Assembly (NCBI GenBank): GCA_019694805.1
Contig: JAIBBG010000001.1
Location: 387,412-451,411 of the forward strand
DNA: 64,000 bases
Source: Flavobacteriales bacterium
Lineage (GTDB): Bacteria > Bacteroidota > Bacteroidia > Flavobacteriales_D > Sanyastnellaceae
Direction: 5' to 3'
Below are positions 1 to 11,034 of the stretch, in pieces. A model generated the notes under the pieces. It was given only the letters and a program-made list of their open reading frames with translations, was not told where the DNA came from and made no database searches. Numbering within the stretch: the first letter of the stretch is position 1; the number at the start of each line of letters is the position of its first letter. Both the position numbers and the translations under genes were made by a program.

Positions 1-2914
1 GAGTGATGGTATAATCTACGGGAGCACCTGTATTGTTGGTGTATTCTATCGCCGGATTTTGAGTCACTGATTGAAGACCATTTCCAAAATCCCAAGAAAA
101 TGATGTCGCATTGACACTCGTGTTGACGAAATTAATGGTCACAGGAGAACAATAGACATCCGGGTCGTTGAAAGAAGCTACGAGATCGGGATATACCTGA
201 ATACTCAAAGAAAATGTGCTGGTGCAACCATCAGTGGTTGTAGCAGTGAGCACTACTGTTCTTGTGATCACAGTAGTACCGGGATTGGAATAAGTATGAC
301 TGTGCGCGATGGAAGCATCAGTTGAAAATGTGCCATCGCCATAATCCCAAACGTATGAATCTGCATGGATGGACAAATTCGTGAATGTCACCGTGAGTGG
401 TCCACATCCTGAATTTTGATCCACAGAAAATTGAGCAACCGGAGATGGATATACAGTAACAACCGCCGACGAGGTGTCAATACATCCAAACGCAGATGTA
501 CCAATCAATTCTACAGTATAATTTACTGTGGTATCTGAGTTATTCTGAAAAACATGCGTGGGCATAGCTACTGGCGAAACACTGCCATCGCCGAAATCCC
601 AATGAAATACCTGAACCCCCTGAATAAAAGGCATTGTAGCAGTCAGTGGTCCACAACCTTCATCGCCTGTAATGGTGAAATCGAAATCAGCCAACGGATA
701 AACAATGATGGTATGTGTAGTTGTGTCATTGCAGCCATTTGGACTATACGCAATCAGTGTTACATCATATGAATCGAGTACACCGGATGTATTGATATAC
801 ATATTGGTAGGATTCACCAGATTTGACGTTGTACCATCACCAAGATCCCAATGATAGCTTACAGCATTCTGTGATGTATTGGTAAAAAATGCTTCGAATG
901 GACTACAACCGGGCGGATTTGCATTATCTAGGAATGAAGCAACGGCACCCGGGTGAACGGTTACATACATCGTATCTGAAGATCCACATCCAAAAGCATT
1001 CATTGCTGTAAGTGTGATCATATAAGTTGTGTCTGTACTGGATGTGTTTAGAAATGTGTGATCCAATTCAAAGGTCTCTTCATAATATCCATCACTGAAT
1101 GACCACTGGTACACAAATGCAGTATCACTATTATTGAAGAATTGTACTGTAAGCGGAGAACAACCGGTATTGATGTTCGAACTGATCGCTGCCACTGGAG
1201 CATGATCAACAAGCACAGACATCGTATCGGTACCACTACAATGTTGAGTATTCACATTCAATGTAACGAGATATGTTCCGGCATTGGGATATAGATAATC
1301 TGGAGATTGATCAGTAGATGTGCCTCCGTCACCAAAATCCCAATTCCAATCAGTAATGTCGTCCCCTGGTGTATAGGTCGTCATATCTTGAAAAGTCGCT
1401 ACTTCGCCTTCACACAAATCGAAGACATTAAAATCCACTATAGGTGAATCATAAACATGAAGCACAATGTGATCGGTGGCGGTGCATCCGTTGGCACTAC
1501 TTACCTCAATATCTACATCATAATTCCCAGCCGCATTCATAAACAAAGGCGGTGGACTTTGTCCACTAAATGCAAATGGTGTTGTTTCAAACGTCCAATT
1601 CCAGGTAATGGCGTTGGTGGTAGTCACGGATAAATTGGTGGTAAGTGAGTCACAGCCATGATTCATATCTGGAGTGATATCGACAGTGGGACTGGGCAGT
1701 ACGACTACCTGCACCCAGGCAGTATCTGTACATCCATTGGCCCCATTGATGCCTACCATGCTGCCTACATTATATGTTCCAGGAGAAGTATATACATAAG
1801 TTATGTTACCAGATCCTGTAGGCATCCAGCCCATGCCGGTTCCCAAATTCCACTTATATACATTGGCACCACCGGTAGATTGCTGGAGGAAGGTAATTGA
1901 CTCGCCAACACAAACAGTATCCGGAGTAGCAGCTATGGCTGCTACTGGCGGCGGTACAATTTGAATGGTAATGCTGGTTGGAGCAATACCACAAAAATTA
2001 CTATCCAACAATTCGACGGTATATGTACCGATACCGGGATAATGCATGGTATGCGGAAATGTTGGTGGCCATGGAGTCCAATCAATGATGCTGTCATGTC
2101 CAAGTCCCCAATAATCACCGAAATTCCAATATTCATAACGCTGATAAATATTCCCTTGAAACAGACAATTGCGATAAGTCGTATTGGTAAAAGTGACTGT
2201 AGTATCCGGATAACACAACAGAGTTGAAGAAGCGGTAATGGAAGGATCATCAAGGTCCCAAATTCTGATTGGATTGAAGGTCGCTGTTGAATGACCACCT
2301 TGAACAACGTTACAATAGTTTTCTGCAGTCAATGTTACTTCTGTCTCACAAGTAACCGTTCCAACTTCATAGGTGTGTTGTATGGTCTGATTCCAGTTGG
2401 TGTAGTCAAATACGAGCACTGGTGATCCATCACCAAAATCCCAGGTGAAAACTGTTGTTTCGGAAACGTTGGTAGAAGAGTTAATGAACTCCATCATCTG
2501 CGGAGCACAAGCCTGTGTGAGTCCACCTACAGGAATTTGAATGGAAGCACTTGAAGCTTCTTCCATGATAACTACGCCTGTTGTCACACATCCCGTTGAA
2601 GTTTCAGTGATGGTGACCACGAACGTATCGACTGCTGCTGTATAGACGTGACTTTGGAAGGTTGGTGGACTCCAGCTCGCACCCGAAGTTACAGGTGTGC
2701 CATCACCCCAATCAATCGAATACCCATTCCAGGTATCTGGTGTGCTTAGGTTAAAAGTAAAATTATTCCCACTGCAGGAATACCAGTACGGATTGTCGTT
2801 AACCTGTCCATAAAAATCAAACACGTGAGGACATTGTGCCCGTGCGCCGATCAATGACAGCAGGAAAACAACGAGGGTAGTGGTGATTTTAGGTTTCTTG
2901 TAACGAAGGATCAT
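1..2914 (-). CDS. PKD-repeat cell-surface protein, N-terminal ~971 aa; the 3' end runs off the left window edge
   Basis: Absent from the ORF track because it is edge-truncated. The reverse-strand ATG at 2914-2912 gives [28 protein letters not shown], a signal peptide. Hand translation near position 61-2 ([20 protein letters not shown]) is in the same frame. WDFGDG / WNFGDY / HWDLGDG PKD-type motifs recur roughly every 85-90 aa. Confidence 0.8.
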   Translation of the reverse strand, partial: MILRYKKPKITTTLVVFLLSLIGARAQCPHVFDFYGQVNDNPYWYSCSGNNFTFNLSTPDTWNGYSIDWGDGTPVTSGASWSPPTFQSHVYTAAVDTFVVTITETSTGCVTTGVVIMEEASSASIQIPVGGLTQACAPQMMEFINSSTNVSETTVFTWDFGDGSPVLVFDYTNWNQTIQHTYEVGTVTCETEVTLTAENYCNVVQGGHSTATFNPIRIWDLDDPSITASSTLLCYPDTTVTFTNTTYRNCLFQGNIYQRYEYWNFGDYWGLGHDSIIDWTPWPPTFPHTMHYPGIGTYTVELLDSNFCGIAPTSITIQIVPPPVAAIAATPDTVCVGESITFLQQSTGGANVYKWNLGTGMGWMPTGSGNITYVYTSPGTYNVGSMVGINGANGCTDTAWVQVVVLPSPTVDITPDMNHGCDSLTTNLSVTTTNAITWNWTFETTPFAFSGQSPPPLFMNAAGNYDVDIEVSSANGCTATDHIVLHVYDSPIVDFNVFDLCEGEVATFQDMTTYTPGDDITDWNWDFGDGGTSTDQSPDYLYPNAGTYLVTLNVNTQHCSGTDTMSVLVDHAPVAAISSNINTGCSPLTVQFFNNSDTAFVYQWSFSDGYYEETFELDHTFLNTSSTDTTYMITLTAMNAFGCGSSDTMYVTVHPGAVASFLDNANPPGCSPFEAFFTNTSQNAVSYHWDLGDGTTSNLVNPTNMYINTSGVLDSYDVTLIAYSPNGCNDTTTHTIIVYPLADFDFTITGDEGCGPLTATMPFIQGVQVFHWDFGDGSVSPVAMPTHVFQNNSDTTVNYTVELIGTSAFGCIDTSSAVVTVYPSPVAQFSVDQNSGCGPLTVTFTNLSIHADSYVWDYGDGTFSTDASIAHSHTYSNPGTTVITRTVVLTATTTDGCTSTFSLSIQVYPDLVASFNDPDVYCSPVTINFVNTSVNATSFSWDFGNGLQSVTQNPAIEYTNNTGAPVDYTIT

Positions 2915-3154
2915 AGACGATTTCTACGAGGCTTGTTCCAAATAGTAAACAGCGTCTTTAGCCTTTTCGACCAAAATGAGTCCAATCATCACGAACCTTG
3001 GCAAAACAACCATGAAACTGAATATTTGATTCCATCTGCTGTTGATCCCCTCAGGCCTGATATGACTGCGTTTCAGCACTACTTGATGGCTCGAAAATGC
3101 CTTCATTCAGCCATTTTTTCTGCGACCGGCATTGTCCTGATTTACATTTGCACC

Positions 3155-3505
3155 ATGTTGATTGAAGTGCTGAAATCAAAAATTCACCGCATAACGGTGA
3201 CAGAATCTAACCTGAATTATATCGGAAGCATCACGCTCGATCCATTACTCATGGAGGCCGCGGATATGATTGAAGGAGAAAAAGTACAAGTGCTGAACTG
3301 TATGAACGGGGAGCGCTTAGAAACATATATCATCACTGGTGAACGCGGAAGTGGAACGGTGTGCCTGAATGGGCCTGCTGCCAGAAAAGTTGCACCTGGT
3401 GATGTTGTCATCGTGGTTACTTACGCCCACATGAGTCGCGAAGAAGCCCTGACCTATAAACCAACCATTATTTTTCCGGATACGGAAAGCAATAAACTGG
3501 TCTGA
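3155..3505 (+). CDS. panD: aspartate 1-decarboxylase proenzyme
   Basis: [29 protein letters not shown] has the Gly-Ser self-cleavage site, and 116 aa is the typical PanD length. The track ORF start at 2933 is an unlikely N-terminal extension. Confidence 0.9.
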   Translation: MLIEVLKSKIHRITVTESNLNYIGSITLDPLLMEAADMIEGEKVQVLNCMNGERLETYIITGERGSGTVCLNGPAARKVAPGDVVIVVTYAHMSREEALTYKPTIIFPDTESNKLV

Positions 3506-3523
3506 CAAACTCCCCAATTCTCA

Positions 3524-4492
3524 GTGAATTCCAACTTCCGAAAAGTAGCAGTCTACATCCTGTTTTTAGCACTCGCAGCAGTGCTGATGTGGTTTCTATA
3601 TAAGGACATCAGTTGGGAAAAAGATCTGAAACCCTCACTTCAACACGTCAATTGGTGGTGGATAGTCATCTCATTCTTCATTGGATATAGCGCCACTGTC
3701 ATACGTGGCTTGCGCTGGAATCTCATGCTCGAACCCATGGGTTATAAAGCCCATAACTGGACATCCATTCATTCCGTCGCATTCGGATATTGTATGAATA
3801 ACCTGGTTCCTCGTTCTGGTGAACTTGCCCGATGCACGCTTTTGAACCGCGCCGAAAAGATTCCTGTGAATAAACTCATTGGTACAGTTATCCTTGAACG
3901 GATTGTTGATGTGTTGTTGCTCGGCACATTATTACTCGCTGCATTCATTGTTAAAGCTGACGCCTTGAGCACTCTGCTCAATCAGGTGGACGCTGGTAAA
4001 GGAAAACTCATCATTTATCTTCTAATCGCTGGTGTAGTTGGTTTGGTTGTCTTCTTGGCTGCGCTCAAATTCTTAAGCAGCAATCCGTTCATAGCTAAAG
4101 TGAGGCATTTTTTCATCGGCATGGGCGATGGCATTAAAACCATCTACAGACTTCGACAGCAAGGATTATTTTGGCTTTATTCTTTGGGGATTTGGGGTGC
4201 CTGGTTGTTGATGACATTCTGCTCGATGCAGGCGCTTCAAGAAACACAAGCCATGACATTTTCGGATACCATCTTCTTCATGGCAGCCGGTAGTTTGGGC
4301 ATGCTCGTACCAACTCCCGGTGGGGCTGGTGCATTCCATGGCATGGCTGTGCTCGGCTTTGAAGCACTCGGATATGATGGCGCTGTAGGAAGAATTTACG
4401 CACTGATCTCCTGGTCGATAAAAACAACTTTTGACATACTCATCGGTGCTGTAGGTTTCTTCATCGTGACATCCCGTAAAATCAAAATCTGA
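3524..4492 (+). CDS. UPF0104 / lysylphosphatidylglycerol-synthase-like transmembrane (flippase-like) protein
   Basis: A 322-aa polytopic membrane protein with a GTG start. The conserved RGLRW and PTPGGAGAFHG-type motifs are recalled from this family. Its TGATG stop/start overlap with the next gene suggests an operon. Confidence 0.6.
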   Translation: MNSNFRKVAVYILFLALAAVLMWFLYKDISWEKDLKPSLQHVNWWWIVISFFIGYSATVIRGLRWNLMLEPMGYKAHNWTSIHSVAFGYCMNNLVPRSGELARCTLLNRAEKIPVNKLIGTVILERIVDVLLLGTLLLAAFIVKADALSTLLNQVDAGKGKLIIYLLIAGVVGLVVFLAALKFLSSNPFIAKVRHFFIGMGDGIKTIYRLRQQGLFWLYSLGIWGAWLLMTFCSMQALQETQAMTFSDTIFFMAAGSLGMLVPTPGGAGAFHGMAVLGFEALGYDGAVGRIYALISWSIKTTFDILIGAVGFFIVTSRKIKI

Positions 4493-4989
4493 TGATTGCG
4501 AAATCACTGGACGAACTTGAAAATTGGGTTACCCAATGGAAATCCGAAAAAAAGAGGGTGGTATTCACCAATGGCGTCTTTGACATCCTACATGCAGGTC
4601 ATGTAGATTATTTGCAAAAGTCGAAAGCACTTGGCGATGTTTTAGTAGTAGGTATGAATGACGATGCCTCTGTAAGAAGTCTCCATAAAGGACCAGAAAG
4701 GCCTATCAATCCTCAGGAAGCAAGAGCCTTTGTTCTCGACGCACTGAAATGTGTAGATGCCGTCATCATTTTCTCGGATTACACTCCATTAGCTGTAATT
4801 AAAGCTACATTGCCAGATGTTCTTGTAAAGGGTGGCGACTATGATCCAGAAATCTCTGATCCTTCTAACAAACAATTCATTGTTGGCTCAAATGAAGTGA
4901 GACGACATGGTGGCGTTGTACGCACCATCCCATTGGTTGATGGCTTCTCCACGACCGGATTGGTCAACAAGCTCAAAAATCAGTCATAA
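4492..4989 (+). CDS. rfaE2: D-glycero-beta-D-manno-heptose-1-phosphate adenylyltransferase-like cytidylyltransferase (RfaE domain II type)
   Basis: FTNGVFDILHAGHVDYL carries the HxGH nucleotidyltransferase motif, and the protein is 165 aa. Confidence 0.75.
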   Translation: MIAKSLDELENWVTQWKSEKKRVVFTNGVFDILHAGHVDYLQKSKALGDVLVVGMNDDASVRSLHKGPERPINPQEARAFVLDALKCVDAVIIFSDYTPLAVIKATLPDVLVKGGDYDPEISDPSNKQFIVGSNEVRRHGGVVRTIPLVDGFSTTGLVNKLKNQS

Positions 4990-5014
4990 AAAAACCCGGA
5001 TAAACCGGGTTATT
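4988..5014. terminator. bidirectional Rho-independent terminator between convergent genes
   Basis: Hairpin AACCCGG-ATAAA-CCGGGTT (4993-5011), flanked by an A-run upstream and T-rich sequence downstream. Confidence 0.6.
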
Positions 5015-5033
5015 GAAGACTGTCTACTCTGCA

Positions 5034-6725
5034 TTACGCATTGAGCAAATCGAGTTTTTTCTTGATATCATCAATTTCACGTTCTGTGGCCTTGATTTTC
5101 TTTTCGATATCCTTGCGAAGAGCTTCGGCACCTTTACCCGTGAAAATACCCATGTTATTTTCATACTGAGCGATTTGGTGTTTCAGCTTTTCAATTTTTT
5201 CCTTCATGAAATTCTTCTCCCTTTTGAGCCTCATATCACCATCGCCACTGCTCTTGATAGAAGACAAACGATTACGGAAATTGGACATCTCCTTCTCTTC
5301 ACGGTCTGCATTGATTTGTCCGTATTTCACATCCAATAACTGATTGTAGCGGTCCATGATCTCCTTCACTTTCTCTCTTGGCACATAACCTACAGCATGC
5401 CAGCGTTCGCCAAATGCTTTCAGGTTAGCAAGATCAACCCCTTTATTTCCGGTGATTTCAAGTGCTTCCAATTCACGGAGCATATCTTCTTTCAATGTCA
5501 GGTTCTGAGCCTGCTCATCGATCACTTTCGCATAATTTTCTTTCTTGCGGCTGAAGAAATGATCGCAGGTAGACCTGAAACGCAGCCACAGTTTTTGTTC
5601 ATCACGAGGATCAGCTGAACCAACAGCCTTCCATTCTTCCTGAAGTTTTTTCAAAGCATCGGTTGCAGCCTTCCAGTCATCACTGTTTTGCAGTGCTCTG
5701 GCCTTTTCAATCAATGCCTCCTTTTTATCTTTATTTTCTTTGTATGAAGAACGCTTTTGGTCCATGAAACCTTTGCGTTTGCTAAAAAACAAATCACAAA
5801 GACCTCTGAATTCCTGCCATACTTCTTCATTCTCCTTTTTGCGCGCCCAACCGATGGTTCTCCACTCCTCTTGTAATTTTAGGACTTCATCCGTCCAGCG
5901 ATTCCAAGTAGCAGCATTGGTTATCTCCATCGTTAAGATCTCACTCATTTTCGCCACCAGCGCCTTCTTCTTATTCAGATTCTCTTCGCTGTGCGTATGT
6001 ATCTCGTCGTAATGAGCTTGAATGCGATTTTGTGCTTCGCGCAAAATGCCGAAAAAATGATCTCCGAGTTCCTTGAAACTTTCACGTGGAGATGGGCCGA
6101 TATTCATCCATTCACGGTGAAATTTTCTCACCATGATTTCAAGATCATTGATTGAAGTTACCTCGACAAGTTTCTTCGCTTCTTCAATCATTTCCTCCTT
6201 CTTGCGAAGGTTAATTTTAAGGTCATGATCTTGTAAAGACTTGTAGATATTGATATTATAGAAGAACTCGTGATTGAGTTTTACCCACTTCTCGTGAATA
6301 TCATGGTATTTATCACCTGGTACATCACCAATGGTGTTCCACTTTTCACTTAGTGCTTTGTGTGTTCCGAAAGCTTTGGCAATATTCTGCTCATCCTTCA
6401 CCAGTGCTTCCAATTCGTGGAGCACTTCCTGCTTCAACTCAAGATTGCGCTGACGCTCTGCAGCAAGCTTTTTACCCTGCTCTTCAATGCGATCTTCATA
6501 TACTTTGAGCAATTCCTGATAAGGAGATTCGAGTTCATCCGGTACATAAACGAATTCAGTTCCTTCCGGATGTTCGATCGCTTTGAAAGCTTCAAGTTGA
6601 ACTTGTCTCTCTTTTGCAGACTCCGCTTTCCATTCGCCGCGGATTTCACGCACTGCATCACGGATAGACATAATGTCTTCCGTCTTTAACAGCTCGCGCA
6701 GTTTTTCAATCAGTTGGTTCTTCAT
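5034..6725 (-). CDS. DUF349 repeat protein
   Basis: A 563-aa highly charged helical protein with a repeated ~75-aa unit containing W..IG..P......LW.RF...CD.FF, as in DUF349. Confidence 0.75.
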   Translation of the reverse strand: MKNQLIEKLRELLKTEDIMSIRDAVREIRGEWKAESAKERQVQLEAFKAIEHPEGTEFVYVPDELESPYQELLKVYEDRIEEQGKKLAAERQRNLELKQEVLHELEALVKDEQNIAKAFGTHKALSEKWNTIGDVPGDKYHDIHEKWVKLNHEFFYNINIYKSLQDHDLKINLRKKEEMIEEAKKLVEVTSINDLEIMVRKFHREWMNIGPSPRESFKELGDHFFGILREAQNRIQAHYDEIHTHSEENLNKKKALVAKMSEILTMEITNAATWNRWTDEVLKLQEEWRTIGWARKKENEEVWQEFRGLCDLFFSKRKGFMDQKRSSYKENKDKKEALIEKARALQNSDDWKAATDALKKLQEEWKAVGSADPRDEQKLWLRFRSTCDHFFSRKKENYAKVIDEQAQNLTLKEDMLRELEALEITGNKGVDLANLKAFGERWHAVGYVPREKVKEIMDRYNQLLDVKYGQINADREEKEMSNFRNRLSSIKSSGDGDMRLKREKNFMKEKIEKLKHQIAQYENNMGIFTGKGAEALRKDIEKKIKATEREIDDIKKKLDLLNA

Positions 6726-6962
6726 TTAGAATTCTATAGGTCGGCTTAATTCCGCCCCCATTTTTCAATGGGAGCGCAAATGTAATGAAAGCCAATTCAA
6801 GTAAAAAGGCCTTAAACGGATGTTCGCGATTCAGGGTTACTTCTCAAGGATTTTATGACGAATATCATCTCTGTTCTCGGTCATTTCAAGCGTTGTTCAA
6901 TGCGCTCCCCACACAAATCACGGGTATATATCGGCATATTTATTTATTAGTATTGCCAAAAA

Positions 6963-7457
6963 ATGGCCTCACCAGGACGAAAATACCCCCCGGAAATCAC
7001 ACGTCAAAAAATGGTCGATTGGTGCAACAAAGCCGAACGATCTCAATGGGACGTCCGAAAAAAACTCATGGATTGGAATATTCCTTCACTGGAAAGGGAA
7101 AACATCATTGCCGATTTGATCGGCATGGATTTACTCAACGAACAACGGTATGCATGTGCTTTTGCGCATGACAAATCCAAATTCAATCGGTGGGGCAAAG
7201 TGAAGATTCGTGTTCACCTTAAGGCTAAGGGTATTTCGGATCGCAACATCACGGAAGCGCTGATGACCATTGAAGATGAAGATGTAGAGACTTCCATAGT
7301 CCAACTGATCCATAAAAAACTGCCTTCACTCAAAGGTCTTCAACCATGGCAGAAAAAATATAAGTTGATGCAATACTTGCTTGGTAAAGGCTACCAAAGG
7401 GAAGATGCAGAGAAATGCCTCAGGAAATTATTGGGAGACTCTGGAAGCGAATCTTAA
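6963..7457 (+). CDS. recX: regulatory protein RecX
   Basis: A 164-aa helical protein whose N-terminus (KMVDWCNKAERSQWDVRKKL) matches the RecX pattern (A..YC...ER...EVR.KL). Confidence 0.65.
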   Translation: MASPGRKYPPEITRQKMVDWCNKAERSQWDVRKKLMDWNIPSLERENIIADLIGMDLLNEQRYACAFAHDKSKFNRWGKVKIRVHLKAKGISDRNITEALMTIEDEDVETSIVQLIHKKLPSLKGLQPWQKKYKLMQYLLGKGYQREDAEKCLRKLLGDSGSES

Positions 7458-7472
7458 AATCACCCACGAATT

Positions 7473-8276
7473 TTACTCGGCATCTCCTGTGCCCATAATA
7501 TCTTCAAATGCTGCATACATTGAAAGATACATAATGGGTACACCTGCAAGGATCGGAATACAACAAAGCAGGAACGAGAACAGTACCATAAATCCAAGGA
7601 CTAACAGAAATAATGCTGTTTGAAGGTATCGTTTGCTCACCACCTTACGACTCGCTTCCATCGCATCCCAAAATGGCATACCACGAAAGACAATAAACAT
7701 CGGAGCATAGATGTACAAAACCGAAACAGCAGAAGCCACAAGCATCGCAAACAATATTCCGGTCAAGATACCGCTACCTAAAATTTCAGAGGCAATTTCA
7801 CGAACAGCTTCCTGATCACCTTGTGCTCTTTCCAGATCATCGATATGCCCAATTAAGTCAAAAAATGACCCCATGAAAAATGGCAAAATAACAATGGCTG
7901 CAGCAATGGAAACGAATATCCCTGTGACCAGATTTTGCAGTATCAACTGTACCCAATTGTTATTGAAACCATCGAAAAAATTATTGAACGATCGGTTTCT
8001 GTTTTGATTCTGTTTTCTTCCATAGATAAACCAGCCTACCGTGAGGGCTGGAGTCAATATGAGCCCACCCAACCAAGAAACATAAGGAATGACGCCAACG
8101 GCCATGGATATTACAAAATATAGCAGGGTAAAAGCGATGTAAATAGCAGCATCGCCTCCGAAAAGTTTAAAACCCGCATTGAGGTAATTTCCGAATTTGA
8201 ACTCATAACCTTCCGAAAGCACTTGCTCAAGTGATTTGCCTTGACTTCCTGAAATATTTTGGTCGATTACATCCAT
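7473..8276 (-). CDS. integral membrane protein of unknown function (DUF975-like topology)
   Basis: 267 aa with about 6 hydrophobic segments and no catalytic motif that I recognise. Confidence 0.5.
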   Translation of the reverse strand: MDVIDQNISGSQGKSLEQVLSEGYEFKFGNYLNAGFKLFGGDAAIYIAFTLLYFVISMAVGVIPYVSWLGGLILTPALTVGWFIYGRKQNQNRNRSFNNFFDGFNNNWVQLILQNLVTGIFVSIAAAIVILPFFMGSFFDLIGHIDDLERAQGDQEAVREIASEILGSGILTGILFAMLVASAVSVLYIYAPMFIVFRGMPFWDAMEASRKVVSKRYLQTALFLLVLGFMVLFSFLLCCIPILAGVPIMYLSMYAAFEDIMGTGDAE

Positions 8277-8444
8277 AGCTTGTGGTTTTTGGTATTTCGG
8301 CGAAATGTATCAGAAAAAACAATACCCGTATCAACATGTATTCGCTTTGGTAAAAAAAATACGTTATCGGAATCATCGGTTGACCAACGGTATAGACTAA
8401 TTTCGCATCCGCAATTTTTTAGTCAGCTAAAATTAAAATACACA

Positions 8445-9549
8445 ATGGCAATTACAAGCGATGCTATCGGTGAGCTGAATGAGCGCGTTGATGCGCTCGG
8501 GAGGTATCTTTGACGTGGAGGTAAAACTCCTTCAGATTAAAGAAGACGAAAAACTCACACAAGATCCTGATTTCTGGAACGATGCCAAGAAGGCCGAGCA
8601 GGTCATGCGCCAAATCAGAAATAAAAAGGTTTGGACTGATGCATTCAAAGAATGCTCCTCTGCAGTAGATGATCTTACTGTTCTCTATGATTTTTTTAAG
8701 GAAGGTGCAGCCTCCGAAGAGGAGCTTGAACATCAGTTTGATGTCGCCTCTAAAAAAATAGAAGACCTTGAGTTCAAGAACATGCTCAGTGCTGAAGAAG
8801 ATTCACTGAGTGCGGTATTACAAATTACTGCCGGTGCAGGCGGAACTGAAAGCTGCGATTGGGCAGGTATGCTCATGCGTATGTATCTCATGTGGGGGCA
8901 GAAAAATGGATATTCAGTGAAAGAACTGGATATGCAGCCAGGCGATGTGGCCGGTGTTAAGCAATGCACTCTGGAATTCGAAGGACAGTTTGCGTTTGGT
9001 ATGCTCAAAGGTGAAAATGGTGTTCATCGTCTTGTACGTATCTCTCCTTTTGACTCGAACGCAAGAAGACATACATCATTCGTCAGTGTGTATGTGTATC
9101 CACTTGTTGATGATTCGATCGATATTCAAATCAATCCAAGTGATATCACCTGGGATACTTTCCGTAGTGGTGGTGCGGGCGGACAAAATGTAAACAAGGT
9201 TGAAACCGGGGTGAGGCTTCGCCACGCTCCAACAGGAATCATCATTGATAACACTGAAACCCGTTCGCAACTTCAGAATAAAGAAAAAGCCTTACAGCTC
9301 CTCAAGTCCCAACTTTATGAAATGGAACTTGAGAAAAGAAATGCCGCCAGAAGCGAAATCGAAGCCACCAAGAAAAAAATCGAATGGGGATCACAAATCC
9401 GGAATTACGTCATGCAACCCTACAAACTGGTAAAAGACGTACGTACCGGCGTTGAAACATCGGATGTCGATGGAGTGATGGATGGCTACATCGATGATTT
9501 CCTAAAAGGCTACTTGATGCAAAAAGGTAAAGCGGCCCAAGATCAATAA
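8445..9549 (+). CDS. prfB: peptide chain release factor 2, join(8445..8510,8512..9549) via programmed +1 frameshift
   Basis: Frame 0 reads [22 protein letters not shown] then TGA at 8511-8513. The +1 frame continues [14 protein letters not shown]... through the SPF and GGQ ([15 protein letters not shown]) motifs. Confidence 0.93.
8499..8514 (+). promoter_or_regulatory. prfB recoding site: internal SD-like GGGAGG, then TAT CTT TGA C slippery/stop context
   Basis: The sequence GGGAGGTATCTTTGAC is nearly identical to the classical AGGGGGTATCTTTGAC RF2 autoregulatory frameshift site. Confidence 0.9.
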
Positions 9550-9587
9550 TAACTGCTCAGAATATTTCACCTGCAAAAAATACAACC

Positions 9588-10982
9588 ATGAATTATCGCA
9601 TAGAAAAAGACACCATGGGTGAGGTTCAGGTTCCCGCTGATGTTTACTGGGGAGCACAAACTGAACGTTCAAGAAACAACTTCAAAATCGGCCCGGAAGC
9701 TTCCATGCCGAAAGAAATCATCAGGGCATTTGCCATATTGAAAAAAGCCGCAGCACACGCCAATTTTGAACTGGGCGTTCTACCGGAGGATAAAAGAAAT
9801 GCTATCTCTGCTGTTTGTGACGAAATACTCGCAGAAAAACTCAATGATCAATTTCCATTGGTGATTTGGCAAACAGGTAGCGGAACTCAGAGCAATATGA
9901 ACGTGAATGAAGTCATTGCTAATCGCGCTCACGTGCTCAGTGGAGGTAAACTTGGTGACAGCAATATGTTGCTTGGAGCCAATGATGACGTGAACAAATC
10001 ACAATCATCTAATGACACCTATCCTACAGCAATGCACGTTGCTGCGTATGAAGCTGTGGTTCGAAAGACCATACCTGGTGTTGAACAACTGCGCAATACC
10101 CTAAAGGCTAAAAGTGATGCATTCATGAACGTGGTGAAAATTGGTCGCACACACTTAATGGATGCAACCCCTGTAACATTGGGTCAGGAATTGAGCGGAT
10201 ATGTGGCGCAACTTGATCATGGTTTGCGCGCCCTTAGAAATACACTCGCACACCTGGGTGAACTCGCTCTCGGTGGCACAGCTGTCGGCACCGGACTCAA
10301 TGCGCCTCAAGGTTACTCCGAACTCGTTGCCAAAAAAATTGCAGAATTCAGCGGATTGCCTTTCACCTCGGCGCCCAACAAATTCGAAGCGCTTGCCGCA
10401 CATGATGGTATTGTTGAAGCGCACGGTGCATTGAAACAACTTGCCGTTTCCCTCAACAAAATTGCAAATGATATCAGGATGATGGCAAGTGGTCCGCGCA
10501 GTGGTATTGGTGAAATTTTCATTCCAGAAAATGAACCAGGATCGAGCATCATGCCAGGCAAAGTGAATCCGACACAATGTGAAGCACTCACTATGGTATG
10601 TGCTCAAGTCATGGGAAATGACGTAGCCATTACTGTTGGTGGAACACAAGGCCATTATGAACTCAACGTGTTCAAACCAATGATGGCTTACAATTTCTTG
10701 CAAAGCGCTGAACTCTTGGGCGATGCTTGTGTCTCTTTCGATGTGCATTGCGCTTCGGGCATTGAACCCAACCACGATCGAATCAAAGAACTCGTGGACA
10801 AATCTCTGATGCTTGTGACCGCATTGAACACAAAAATTGGATACTACAAAGCAGCAGAGATTGCCAAGTCTGCACATAAGAATGGAACAACATTGAAGGA
10901 AGAAGCTATACGTCTTGGGTATGTAACTTCTGAACAATATGATGAATGGGTAGTGCCAGCGAAAATGGTTGGCAACCTGTAA
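9588..10982 (+). CDS. fumC: class II fumarate hydratase
   Basis: [16 protein letters not shown] signature, 464 aa. Confidence 0.95.
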   Translation: MNYRIEKDTMGEVQVPADVYWGAQTERSRNNFKIGPEASMPKEIIRAFAILKKAAAHANFELGVLPEDKRNAISAVCDEILAEKLNDQFPLVIWQTGSGTQSNMNVNEVIANRAHVLSGGKLGDSNMLLGANDDVNKSQSSNDTYPTAMHVAAYEAVVRKTIPGVEQLRNTLKAKSDAFMNVVKIGRTHLMDATPVTLGQELSGYVAQLDHGLRALRNTLAHLGELALGGTAVGTGLNAPQGYSELVAKKIAEFSGLPFTSAPNKFEALAAHDGIVEAHGALKQLAVSLNKIANDIRMMASGPRSGIGEIFIPENEPGSSIMPGKVNPTQCEALTMVCAQVMGNDVAITVGGTQGHYELNVFKPMMAYNFLQSAELLGDACVSFDVHCASGIEPNHDRIKELVDKSLMLVTALNTKIGYYKAAEIAKSAHKNGTTLKEEAIRLGYVTSEQYDEWVVPAKMVGNL

Positions 10983-11002
10983 ACTATACATCTCGCCAAT
11001 TG

Positions 11003-11034
11003 AAAAGGTCATCCGTGGATGACCTTTTCTTATT
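11003..11034. terminator. bidirectional terminator between fumC and priA
   Basis: AAAGGTCATC-CGTG-GATGACCTTT hairpin with A/T flanks. Confidence 0.75.

Noticed and set aside
554-2307. Track ORFs 554-772, 1048-1236, 1658-1900, 1942-2307 and 1961-2227
   Set aside because: All lie inside the long minus-strand PKD-array ORF (1-2914), in other frames or on the opposite strand. They have no motifs and a Cys/Ile-rich nonsense composition.
2933-3154. N-terminal 74-aa extension of the panD ORF
   Set aside because: PanD orthologues begin at [12 protein letters not shown]. The extension would also overlap the divergent PKD gene's promoter and start region.
8259-8513. 84-aa ORF as an independent gene
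   Set aside because: Only its last 22 codons (from ATG 8445) are real. They are frame 0 of prfB before the programmed frameshift.
10155-11012. 285-aa ORF antisense to fumC
   Set aside because: It is fully embedded opposite a high-confidence conserved gene, has no recognisable motif, and has the composition typical of an antisense shadow ORF.
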